Shown here: positions 50,773 to 59,548 of the stretch, one piece after another
How the letters are laid out: every line of letters starts with the position of its first letter
Numbering within the stretch: position 1 is the stretch's first letter
DNA from: an uncultured Gemmatimonadales bacterium
GTDB taxonomy: Bacteria > Gemmatimonadota > Gemmatimonadetes > Gemmatimonadales > GWC2-71-9
NCBI GenBank assembly: GCA_963695555.1
Contig: CAVOGR010000007.1
Location: 736,001 to 800,000, forward strand
Length of the DNA stretch: 64,000 nt
Direction of reading: 5' to 3'
The notes under the pieces: model-generated
The model's input: only the letters and a program-made list of their open reading frames with translations
What the model was told of the DNA's origin: nothing
Database searches by the model: none
Made by a program: the position numbers and the translations under genes

Positions 50773-52986
50773 TCAGAAGGAAGGGTCGGTCACGCGCTCG
50801 AATGTCGGCAAGGATAGTCGTATCACGGGGTCCATCGTCGCAAGAGACGCCCGCCACAGCCGGGAATCGGAGACGAAGACGAGCGTCTCCCCGTCGCGCG
50901 AGACGGCCATGGTACTGACGGGACGGTCCGTCGAGTAGACCGCCGTGCTCGTGCCCGAGCGGAGATCGAGGCGAAAGATCTCGCTGCCCCGTCCGTCCGT
51001 GTCTCTGGCATACAGGATCCGCCCGTCTCGCAAATGAGCGGGCCGAACTTCGGGGGCAATGTCATGGGCCACGCGCCGGATGCCCCGCGACGCCCCAGTC
51101 AGGTTCAAGACCGCGAGATCGCTGCCGTCGGAGCCTGACACGATGAACGAGAGCGTTCCGCCATCGGGCGAGATCGCGGGCCGGCTGTAGGTCTCGCCTT
51201 CGGGTGCGGTTGCCAGTGCGCGAACGTTCTGCACGGTTATGCCCGTGATGAGAATCTGTGACCGGTCGCTCTGTTGGCTCGCAAACACGATGGACTGCCC
51301 GTCGGGCATCCAGGCCGGATGGGTCTGGTCACCGGCATCTTCCGTGAGGCGAACGAGCGACTCGCCGTCGGAATCCATGAGATAGATGTCGAAATCGCCG
51401 GACCGATCGGAAGCCAACGCGATCTTGGTCCGGTCTGGGGAATAGACCGGACTTCGGATCGCCGTCCCGTCCCGCAACACCTCGGTTACCCGCGACGGAT
51501 CGCGCGACCGAACCTGCGCGATCGCCGACCCCGCCCGGGCTCGATCGATGACCAGCAGGAGGTCGGCCACGACGTGGACCGTCGATACCGCGACATCGCC
51601 CCATGGAGTCGCGGCGGTCACCGTAGCCCGACCCTCCTTGAGCCCGAGAATCACGCCAGCGGAATCGACACTGACGACGTCTGGCGGTCGCGCACTCCAG
51701 GCCGTTCCTGAGGCCCGCCCCATAGACATTCCTGAGGGATCCGTAAACCGCGCGACCAGGGTGTCCCTGGTCATCGGCTCGATCACACGGTCAGCCTGCT
51801 CTACCGCGATGGCCATGGGTTCAACGCGAACGGCCCAGGCGATCGGGTCGAACCCTCGCACGCGAAGGGTGAGGCTGGTCGTCCCGCTGCGCTTCCCGTA
51901 CAAGTCTCGAGCGACGGGATCGAATTCGGCAATGCCAGAGTCTGCGACTTCCCACTCGAGCAGCGCTTCAGGCACCGCCAGCGAGTCCGCGCTCGCAGGA
52001 TTCACCGTGAAGCTGCGCGCTCCGAGCAGGGGCACCGGCAAAGGGTCGGGACCGGGCGACGGCATGAGCGTGAGCCGGCTCACCGGACGGTGAACCACCA
52101 ACGGCAGGCGGCGTTCCTGCTGGAACCCTTGGAGCACCAGCTCAGTCGACCCGAGACCGAGCGCTTGGACGATGCCGGTCGGACCAACCCGGGCAATGGA
52201 TGGGTTGACCACCCACCATTTGAGCCCAGCGGTGAGCCGACGATACCCCTGACTCGGCACGACCACCGTGACCGTGTCGAAATCTTCCGGTCGCATCACG
52301 AGCCGCGAGCGGTCCGCCCGGAATTCCCCATCGGACACCAGCACTGGCACCGTGTCCGCCACGGCCCCTGCCTCGAGCCGGGCGATGAGCTCTGCCCGAC
52401 CAGGGTTCCGGGCACGGAGAGCGCCGGATGGGTCCACCTGCGCGATGGCGGTGTCGGTCGACACCCAATCGGGTGTCACGTCTCCGACTCGCGAGCCGTC
52501 GGGCCACTCGACATAGGCGCTCGGGCGTTGCAGTTCACCGGGGAGCAGCTGCACCGGGTTGGGCTCGATCACCACGCGTCCACCGCGACCGAGCGCGGTG
52601 TCGAGGCCCGCCGGTTCTCGCGGCGGGGGTCGCCCGGGGGCGGGTGATTCGGGTGAGAACACCGCGACGTGGACCTTGGCGACAGCAGACCCGGCTCGAA
52701 TGACAATTGTGGCGGAACCCGCGCGTATGCCGGCCACGGTGCCGTCGGGCTCGACACGGGCAATCGCGGTATCCGTAGTGGCGAAAATGAAGCCGGGATG
52801 CGGAACGAGCCGACCACGTGCGTCGAAGGCGGAGACGAATACGCGTTCCTCCTGCCCGACTTCCAGCGCGAGCGCGCTTGGTCTGGCGCGCACTTCCACC
52901 GGGGCCTGCCCCTCGCCGACCGATGGCACCATGGTCGCGAGAGCAGCCAGGAGGAGAGCGCCTGCTCGCGCCCGCAGGAGTGTCAT
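50773..52986 (-). CDS. Secreted protein with tandem bacterial Ig-like (Big_2) domains and a C-terminal TolB/PD40 propeller
   Basis: Signal peptide; repeated W.S.D..IA.V...G.V.....G motifs; SPDRTKIALASDRSGDFDIYLM, PAWMPDG, PAISPDG. Confidence 0.8.
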   Translation of the reverse strand: MTLLRARAGALLLAALATMVPSVGEGQAPVEVRARPSALALEVGQEERVFVSAFDARGRLVPHPGFIFATTDTAIARVEPDGTVAGIRAGSATIVIRAGSAVAKVHVAVFSPESPAPGRPPPREPAGLDTALGRGGRVVIEPNPVQLLPGELQRPSAYVEWPDGSRVGDVTPDWVSTDTAIAQVDPSGALRARNPGRAELIARLEAGAVADTVPVLVSDGEFRADRSRLVMRPEDFDTVTVVVPSQGYRRLTAGLKWWVVNPSIARVGPTGIVQALGLGSTELVLQGFQQERRLPLVVHRPVSRLTLMPSPGPDPLPVPLLGARSFTVNPASADSLAVPEALLEWEVADSGIAEFDPVARDLYGKRSGTTSLTLRVRGFDPIAWAVRVEPMAIAVEQADRVIEPMTRDTLVARFTDPSGMSMGRASGTAWSARPPDVVSVDSAGVILGLKEGRATVTAATPWGDVAVSTVHVVADLLLVIDRARAGSAIAQVRSRDPSRVTEVLRDGTAIRSPVYSPDRTKIALASDRSGDFDIYLMDSDGESLVRLTEDAGDQTHPAWMPDGQSIVFASQQSDRSQILITGITVQNVRALATAPEGETYSRPAISPDGGTLSFIVSGSDGSDLAVLNLTGASRGIRRVAHDIAPEVRPAHLRDGRILYARDTDGRGSEIFRLDLRSGTSTAVYSTDRPVSTMAVSRDGETLVFVSDSRLWRASLATMDPVIRLSLPTFERVTDPSF

Positions 52987-53270
52987 CCACATAATCGGCC
53001 TAGGGCCGCAAGTCACAGGCCACCTCTTGACCCAGCGTAATGACTTATGAGACAACGACTTTGAGGAATCGACCGAAGGCCAAATCGCCGCATTCTGCAG
53101 GGACACCATCCGCGGAGACTCTTCGCGTCGTGTGGCCTCGCATCGGAGCGGCACGGTGGGCAGAACACCTTGCGTGAAAGTGTATTATCCTGAGATTGTG
53201 AGATGGCCGGGGATCGACACGCTCCGGCACCTGCGGCGGGTCGCGCCGCCACAGCATGCGAGGAGTGACC

Positions 53271-53651
53271 ATGGCCGAGATGATCGACAGGGAAGTCGGA
53301 TGGTCCGGCGCGGGATGGATGGAGCCGATGCCACTGGCCAGTGAGCCACCCCCGCCTCCGCCTCCACCCCCGGCGCCAGCCAAGCCGGCAATGGTGGCTA
53401 AGCCGAAGCCAAAACCCAAGGCCAAACCAAAGCCGAAGGCCAAGGCGAAGAAGAAGGTCAAGAAGGCCAAGAAGGCCACGAAGCGTGCTGCGAAGAAGAA
53501 GGTCAAGAAGGCCAAGAAGGCCACTAAGCGCGCTGCGAAGAAGAAGGCCAAGAAGCGGCCCGCGAAGAAGGCCGCCAAGCGCCCCGCGAAGAGGAAGGCC
53601 GCCAAGCGCAAGAAGACGGCTCGGAAGCGGGCGGCGAAGAAGAAGAAGTAG
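53271..53651 (+). CDS. Histone H1-like Lys/Ala-rich nucleoid protein with a poly-Pro linker
   Basis: AGGAG RBS; acidic N-terminus, P9 tract, KP repeats, then KKAKKATKRAAKKK repeats; strong AAG/GCC codon bias. Confidence 0.8.
   Translation: MAEMIDREVGWSGAGWMEPMPLASEPPPPPPPPPAPAKPAMVAKPKPKPKAKPKPKAKAKKKVKKAKKATKRAAKKKVKKAKKATKRAAKKKAKKRPAKKAAKRPAKRKAAKRKKTARKRAAKKKK
53445..53545 (+). repeat. Tandem 42-bp coding repeat (two copies plus a partial third)
   Basis: GCGAAGAAGAAGGTCAAGAAGGCCAAGAAGGCCACNAAGCGNGCT-like unit repeated; encodes AKKKVKKAKKATKRA. Confidence 0.65.
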
Positions 53652-53669
53652 GAGTCTTGGCTCCGCCGG

Positions 53670-53694
53670 GGCGCTTCGCGACGCACGAAGCGCC
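53670..53694 (+). terminator. Stem-loop after the H1-like gene
   Basis: GGCGCTTCG / CGAAGCGCC inverted repeat, no U-tract. Confidence 0.4.
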
Positions 53695-53772
53695 TCGTGA
53701 CGTCGGGCGGCCGTCGATTAGGCGACCGCCGCGATGTCGGTCGTCCTCCTCACCGACCCTCGTCTGGACCTC

Positions 53773-54231
53773 ATGCGAACCACGCTCATCGGCTGCATTC
53801 TCTTCCTTGCTGCGTGCGCCCCTTCCGAGTCACCGCCGACTGAGGAAGCAAACGTCGCAGCGATAACCGTCACGCTGGCCAGGCAGTTTCAACACGCTGC
53901 CGCCGCATGGAATCGGGGCGACCTGGATGCGTTCATGTCCGACTATCTCGCGGACAGCACCACCACCTTTGTGGGCAGCGGCGGATTGCTCCACGGGGTT
54001 GACGCCATCCGCGCCCGGTATGCGCCACTCTTCGGCCAGGGGGCAAGCCGCGACAGCCTCCGGTTCGAGCAATTCGAGGTCCGCGTGCTCGGGAATGGCC
54101 TCGTGCTCGTGACGGCTCGCTACATCCTGCATCGCGGGCCGGAAACAACGGCAAGCGGTCCATTTACCCTGATCATGCGCCAGGGTCCTGACGGTTGGAA
54201 GATCATCCATGACCACTCAAGCAGCGACTAG
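53773..54231 (+). CDS. NTF2-like (SnoaL/DUF4440) lipoprotein
   Basis: Lipobox LAAC; AWNRGDLDAFM, GPFTLI, GWKIIHDHSS. Confidence 0.85.
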   Translation: MRTTLIGCILFLAACAPSESPPTEEANVAAITVTLARQFQHAAAAWNRGDLDAFMSDYLADSTTTFVGSGGLLHGVDAIRARYAPLFGQGASRDSLRFEQFEVRVLGNGLVLVTARYILHRGPETTASGPFTLIMRQGPDGWKIIHDHSSSD

Positions 54232-55585
54232 AAGCAGGGTCCTCCTCCTTTCGCTGTTGCTGCTGCTCGGATTGGCGGCATGCGGCGACCGGTCCCAAGA
54301 GGCACACTTTGCCGTAGTGGGCGGAACGCTCATCGACGGCACCGGCGGCCCGCCACTGGTCAACGCGACGGTGGTGGTGCGCGGCCGATACATCGAAGCC
54401 ATTGGGCCGGGTGACGAGGTCGTGCTCGAGGATGGCATCACCAGGGTGGACGCGACAGGAAAATGGATCTTGCCGGGGCTGATCGACGCCCACGCCCACA
54501 TCCAGCGGTGGATGCTGCCGCGGTATCTGGCGGCCGGTGTTACCACCGTGCGAGGCCTGCACGGGGAGCAGGAGTCGATTCTCGCCCTGGCCGAGCAGGC
54601 CAACCTCAACGCGTTTCCAAGTCCGCAGCTGTTCGTCGCCGGTGCCATGATCGACGGGGTGCCGCCGACGCTGACAGACGCGACGGGCGTGGGCGACGAC
54701 ACGGAGGGGCGGCAAGCGGTCGATCAGCGCTCCCTTGCCGGAGTCGACCAGATCATGACCTACACGCGGATTACGCCGTCGATCCTTGGCGCGATCGTCG
54801 ATGAGGCGCGATCGTTCAATCTCCCGGTGGCGGCGCAGCTTGGGCTGACCGATGCCCTGACCGCGGCACGGCACGGCGTGCGCTCGATTGAACAACTCAG
54901 CGGAGTGGCGGAAGCCGCGTCGGGGAACGCGAATGGACTGTATGCCGCCCATCGGCAGGGATATTGGCAAGGGTGGACGGCGGCCGAGCAAAGCTGGGCA
55001 CGGCTTCGCCCGTTGGCGTTGAAAGACGTCGCGGAGCGGCTAGCCGCGACCGGCGTCGTTCTCGTCCCGATGTTGGCCACCCACGACGTCTATAGCCGGC
55101 TGGACGATCCTACCGTCGTGGAATCGGCCGGCTCCCTCAGCACCCCCGATTCGATTCGGGCGCGCTGGGATCCGGCGGCACTGACTGCCGCCGCCGGGTG
55201 GTCGCTCGAGTTCTTTCGAACGGCTCGACTCGCGCGTGAGTCGCAGAACCGCTTTCTCCGAGACTTTGCCGCGGCGGGCGGTATCATCGCTGCGGGGTCC
55301 AACGCAGGAGAAGATTTTTTCGCTGCGGGTGACGGTCTCCACGCCGAGATCGAGCTCCTGGCGACCGCCGGCCTCTCGCCCTCCGAGGCCATCGTGGCCG
55401 CAACGGGCAACGGTGCCCGCCTACTGGGCGCCGACTCCATCGGCACCCTCGCCGCTGGCAAGGTGGCCAATCTCGTGATTCTCGCGCGCGATCCGCTGAG
55501 CGACATACGAAACACCCGCTCGGTGGAACGCATCATCCTTCGCGGCGCCATCATGCCCACGGACTCGATCCGGGCGTCGTGGTAA
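54209..55585 (+). CDS. Amidohydrolase-superfamily lipoprotein with a degenerate metal site
   Basis: Lipobox LAAC; DATGKWILPGLIDAHAH, GVTTVR, LHAEIELL, AT.NGA, GTLAAGKVANLV. Confidence 0.85.
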   Translation: MTTQAATRSRVLLLSLLLLLGLAACGDRSQEAHFAVVGGTLIDGTGGPPLVNATVVVRGRYIEAIGPGDEVVLEDGITRVDATGKWILPGLIDAHAHIQRWMLPRYLAAGVTTVRGLHGEQESILALAEQANLNAFPSPQLFVAGAMIDGVPPTLTDATGVGDDTEGRQAVDQRSLAGVDQIMTYTRITPSILGAIVDEARSFNLPVAAQLGLTDALTAARHGVRSIEQLSGVAEAASGNANGLYAAHRQGYWQGWTAAEQSWARLRPLALKDVAERLAATGVVLVPMLATHDVYSRLDDPTVVESAGSLSTPDSIRARWDPAALTAAAGWSLEFFRTARLARESQNRFLRDFAAAGGIIAAGSNAGEDFFAAGDGLHAEIELLATAGLSPSEAIVAATGNGARLLGADSIGTLAAGKVANLVILARDPLSDIRNTRSVERIILRGAIMPTDSIRASW

Positions 55586-55769
55586 GCCCTGCGTAGCGCA
55601 CCGGTCTCTCGCGAGCTATATATCCGTTAATCCGCGCCACCAGAAGGCCGGGTGCCCACTGCACCAGGATTTCTCGACCCCCGAGCCGTGGGGCGCGGGG
55701 CGCCGACCGGCGCCGTTGTTGGTATTGCCTCGCCCCGTCGGGCCGGGGTCCGCTGGTGGAGGTTCCGCA

Positions 55770-56711
55770 ATGCAGCCGTCTCCCATGCTCCAACCCGATG
55801 CTCTCGCCGCCGCGGTGGACCGGCTCGAGCGCTATTTCGCCAAGCCCGGCAATCGCCCGGCGATCCTGGCACGGCAGGCGCTGGGCCGGGCCCGCCCGAC
55901 GGACCTCGGCCTCCGGGACCGCCTCGTCAGAGAAATGCGCGCGGAGACCAAGTTCGATGGCAGCATCAGCGGCGCCGTAATTCCGACCATTTGGCGGGCC
56001 CATGAACTCATGCAACTCGACCACCGCGGCGACCAGGTGGGCACGATCCGGGTTGTCGGCTGGATCCTCAATCTCCAAGGAAAGCCCGGCGCCTTCGGTG
56101 AAGGCTGCACGCCGGCCCGCCACGAGCATCGGGCGTGCAACCATCATGTGGGAGGGTTCTTTTCCCCGGGCCCGAGCGCCCAGCGGATGTCGCCGGTGAC
56201 CCTGCCGAACGGAGCCGTCTATCACACGGAAGAGGCGGCCCGATTCGCCATCAGCTGTTTCGCGCTGCGAGCCGTCCTTCGCGCCGGTCAGGAGAAAAGG
56301 CCGCTGGTGGGTCAGCATCTCCAGAGCCTCGTGGATCTCCAGGAGTTGTGGACGGAGTGGGGCGGATACTTTGCTCCCGACATGGCGACCGCCGCGCTAC
56401 ATGCCCTCGCGATCGGACCCCCGCCTTACCGGGCCGCCCTGCCCAAGGCCGCCGCCTTCGTCTCGGCCCAGCAGGCGCCCGACGGCTCGTGGCCGGGAGC
56501 GGACCTGTTCCAGGCGGTCGACGCCCTGGCGGCTGCCGGAACGGCCGAGGCTCGCGCGGCCATCAGCCGGGCAGTCCCGGCACTCTTGGCACAGCAGCAA
56601 CCCGACGGAACGTTCGGTCCCGTGGCCAGCGATGAGCGCGCCCTGATTGCGTTGCAGGGAATTCTGCTGGCGCAGCGGGAACTCGACCTCCGCACCACAA
56701 GCCCGCTCTGA
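55770..56711 (+). CDS. Hypothetical alpha/alpha-toroid protein with prenyltransferase/squalene-cyclase-like QW repeats
   Basis: GGAGG RBS; repeats TKFDGSI, QGKPGAF, QAPDGSW, QQPDGTF. Confidence 0.6.
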   Translation: MQPSPMLQPDALAAAVDRLERYFAKPGNRPAILARQALGRARPTDLGLRDRLVREMRAETKFDGSISGAVIPTIWRAHELMQLDHRGDQVGTIRVVGWILNLQGKPGAFGEGCTPARHEHRACNHHVGGFFSPGPSAQRMSPVTLPNGAVYHTEEAARFAISCFALRAVLRAGQEKRPLVGQHLQSLVDLQELWTEWGGYFAPDMATAALHALAIGPPPYRAALPKAAAFVSAQQAPDGSWPGADLFQAVDALAAAGTAEARAAISRAVPALLAQQQPDGTFGPVASDERALIALQGILLAQRELDLRTTSPL

Positions 56712-56723
56712 GGCGGACCCGCG

Positions 56724-57446
56724 CTACGCGGTCAGCACGCCCAGAGCCCGGATCAACCACCACAATCCCACCACCACACCGGTAGCACCGAGCACTATTC
56801 CGGCGCTCCGGCTCAAGTCGATCGAGCGCGATGTGGCGCGCGTGATGGCGAATGCCGCAGCGCCAGCGAAGGCCATCATGGACCCGATCACTCCGAGCCC
56901 GAACGCGGCCAGGTAGGCGAGACCGACACCAACGTTATCGATCAATGTGACCGGGACCAGCGCGACGGCGGCGCTGCTGCCAGCGAGGCCGTGCAGCAGG
57001 CCGACGAGCACCAGTGCCTTCCCATGACGATGGCGCGTGGTGCCGGTCGCGGGGTGCGCGTGCGCGTGGGCGTGATGATGCGGGTGAAGCCCTTCTGGGT
57101 GGGCATGCAGGTGAAGGTGGTCGCCGTGTTCCTCGGGCGGGTGGAGGTGTAGTTTCTTTGCACGGCGGATGGCCCAGACCCCGATGCCGATGAGCATCAG
57201 ACCGACCAGCAGCTCACCCATGCCGTCATAGCGCGCGGGCCACCGGACGCCCGACAGGAGCAGAAGTCCGCCGACGACAAACACGGCAATGGCATGGCCC
57301 AGACCCCAGCGTGCGCCGAATTGGACTGCTGCTCGGAGCCCGGGCCGCTCGGTGAGAAACGATGACACCGCGATCATGTGGTCCACATCGAGCGCGTGGA
57401 TCGAGCCCAGCATGATTGCCGTGAGGAGACTAAGCCACCCGGTCAA
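56724..57446 (-). CDS. His-rich Ni/Co transporter (UreH/HoxN/RcnA-like)
   Basis: AGGAG RBS and TTG start; GSIHALDVDH, WGLGH, His-rich loop, GLLHGLAGS. Confidence 0.85.
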   Translation of the reverse strand: MTGWLSLLTAIMLGSIHALDVDHMIAVSSFLTERPGLRAAVQFGARWGLGHAIAVFVVGGLLLLSGVRWPARYDGMGELLVGLMLIGIGVWAIRRAKKLHLHPPEEHGDHLHLHAHPEGLHPHHHAHAHAHPATGTTRHRHGKALVLVGLLHGLAGSSAAVALVPVTLIDNVGVGLAYLAAFGLGVIGSMMAFAGAAAFAITRATSRSIDLSRSAGIVLGATGVVVGLWWLIRALGVLTA

Positions 57447-57547
57447 GGCGACTCCTGAATCGTCACCAAGTTCTCGGAAGAGAGGGAACCCCGGCTCGAC
57501 AGCTGCCGATCAGTCACCTGTTTGATTTCTCGAAGCAGTGAGGCCCC

Positions 57548-58621
57548 ATGAATGAGACCCCGCAAGATAAGCGCCCCAGGATCCGCCTGACCACGCTTTC
57601 CCACGGCGCCGGTTGAGCATGTAAGCTCGGCGAAGCCGATCTGGCGCAGGTCCTGCGCTTTCTACCTGCCGTGGCCGATCCACGCGTGTTGGTAGACGCC
57701 GCCTCCCATGACGACGCGGCGGTGTTTCGGCTGTCCGCAGACCGGGCGCTCGTGGCCAGCACTGATTTCTTCACGCCCATCGTCGACGATCCGGCGACGT
57801 GGGGCGCGATCGCCGCCGCCAACGCCCTGAGCGACCTGTACGCCATGGGCGCAACGCCGCTCTTCGCGCTCAATCTGGTGGCCTGGCCACGTGACACGTT
57901 GCCGTTCGAGCTGCTGGGCGACGTGATCGCGGGAGCGGCGGCCATCGCCACCGCGGCGGGCTGCCCCGTCCTCGGTGGCCACTCGATCGACGACCCCGAA
58001 CCGAAGTTCGGCATGGTAGTCCTCGGAGAGGTCCACCCCGACCGCATCCTGACCAACGCGGGGGCCAAACCGGACGACGCGCTCGTGCTCACCAAGCCGC
58101 TGGGTACCGGCATCATCACTACCGCGCTCAAATACGGGGTCATTGATGACGGTGATACTGCCCAAGCCGTCCGCTCGATGACGACGCTCAACGCCGGGGC
58201 CGCGCGGGTTGCCGTGGACCAGGGGCTCAGGACCGTGACCGATGTGACCGGCTTTGGCCTGCTTGGCCACCTCCGCAACGTCCTCCTCTCCAGCGGGGTG
58301 AGCGCCACTCTCGAGTTCGCGGCGCTGCCGCTCCTCGATCGCGCGCTCGAGCTCGCCGGCCGCGGCCTGGTCCCGGCCGGGACCAAACGGAACCTTAGCG
58401 CGGCACAGGATGTGACCTGGGATGCCTCGTTCACCGAGCCGGAGCGATGGCTCTGCGTGGATGCGCAGACCTCGGGCGGTTTGCTGTTGGCCGTCCCGAA
58501 GGCCCAATTGGCCAAGGTCCTCGAGGGCCTCCGGTTGGAGGGGACCCTGTGCGCTGCTGTCATCGGCCGCGTCACGGAGGGACGACGACCGGGCGCAATC
58601 ACCATGAGGCGGGGAGCGTGA
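57548..58621 (+). CDS. selD: Selenophosphate synthetase (selenide, water dikinase), selenoprotein with Sec23
   Basis: GAGG RBS and ATG at 57548 give MNETPQDKRPRIRLTTLSHGAG-TGA(57614-57616)-ACK, in frame with DDAAV, DFFTPIVDDP, NALSDLYAMG, GGHS, TKPLGTG, TDVTGFGLLGH, DAQTSGGLL. Confidence 0.93.
57617..57658 (+). promoter_or_regulatory. Candidate bacterial SECIS element
   Basis: Hairpins directly 3' of the UGA: TCGGC-GAA-GCCGA (57627-57639), GATCTG-GCG-CAGGTC (57638-57652) and the alternative GCGCAG-GTC-CTGCGC (57644-57658). Confidence 0.6.
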
Positions 58622-58854
58622 CCTCCCGCCGGCGCGGAATGCGCCTATCCCCGGCGCTCTATAACGAGCTCGAGGCAGCGGCCGCCGGTCACCGCAGAGT
58701 GGCGCTCACGCGCCGGGGAAGCGAGTTCGTGGTCATCGCACGGCGTATCATTACTACTCCACGGGAGGCCCTCGTAGGCTTGCTTCCGATGACCGGGGAA
58801 GAGATGGTCTTTCCATTGGAGGAGATCGACACATTCAATATCGTCGATCGGTAG
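58618..58854 (+). CDS. Small hypothetical protein (78 aa)
   Basis: GGAG RBS and a GTG overlapping the selD stop (GTGA); fills the gap before rnhA. Confidence 0.65.
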   Translation: MTSRRRGMRLSPALYNELEAAAAGHRRVALTRRGSEFVVIARRIITTPREALVGLLPMTGEEMVFPLEEIDTFNIVDR

Positions 58855-58909
58855 CGCTTGATATTTCTCGCCGACGGGCACACCCTCACGGCATGAGGCT
58901 ATACGATTG

Positions 58910-59545
58910 ATGCCAGGTCCATCGCTCCCAATTGCGGTCATCCATCTCGACGAGAGCTGTTTGGGAAACGGGCGAGAGGGGCAGACGCCGGGCGGTGCCG
59001 CGGGCCTCATCGAGGTGCGGCTGCGGCACGGCATCGAACGGCGCGACTTCTATCTCCACGCGGCCGACACAACCAACAACCGCATGGCCCTCGCGGGCGC
59101 GATTGCCGCACTCCAGCTCTTGGCGCGGAAGGGGCGGCGCTTACGTGTGCTGGTAGTGTCCGATTCCGAGTACCTGGTCAAGGGAATGCGCCAATGGGTC
59201 CCCTCGTGGATCCAGCGCAATTGGCGGCGAAAGAGCGGGGCGATCGAGAACTTGGCGCTGTGGCGCGCGCTGGTCGAAACCGCTCAGTCGCATGAGGTCC
59301 AATGGACCTGGGTCCGAGGCCACACGGGACACGTCAAGAACGAGTATGCCAACGATCTGGCGGTTGCGGCGGCGACGGAGCAGAAGACGTCGGATGGAGC
59401 GATGCCGTCCGGGCTTTCGGCCTGGCTCGCTGCCAAACAGGCACGCGGCCTCTATCCCGACTCCGACCCGGATGCGTCGTTCGCCGCAGCAGAACGGTTG
59501 ATGGCAAGCGATGAGCCGCTACCCATAGCCGAGGCAGTCGAGTGA
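58910..59545 (+). CDS. rnhA: Ribonuclease HI (variant active site)
   Basis: DESCLGNG..PGG, TTNNRMA, SDSEYLVKG, W..SW...NW, ENLALW, WVRGHTGH..NEYANDLA. Confidence 0.88.
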   Translation: MPGPSLPIAVIHLDESCLGNGREGQTPGGAAGLIEVRLRHGIERRDFYLHAADTTNNRMALAGAIAALQLLARKGRRLRVLVVSDSEYLVKGMRQWVPSWIQRNWRRKSGAIENLALWRALVETAQSHEVQWTWVRGHTGHVKNEYANDLAVAAATEQKTSDGAMPSGLSAWLAAKQARGLYPDSDPDASFAAAERLMASDEPLPIAEAVE

Positions 59546-59548
59546 ACC

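Noticed and set aside
53445..53650. Repetitive DNA considered as a possible CRISPR array
   Set aside because: These are codon-level repeats inside a CDS, with no unique spacers and no cas genes.
53045..53686. Phe/Ala/Leu-rich 213-aa minus-strand ORF that looks like a membrane protein
   Set aside because: It is the reverse complement of the AAG/GCC repeats of the H1-like gene, which has the RBS and the codon bias.
57447..57547. Possible NiCo (czcD) riboswitch upstream of the Ni/Co transporter
   Set aside because: There is only a loose ACTGA..GGC..GCCGGG resemblance on the minus strand. I could not build the four-way junction or find the 3' conserved elements; an Infernal/Rfam search would settle it.
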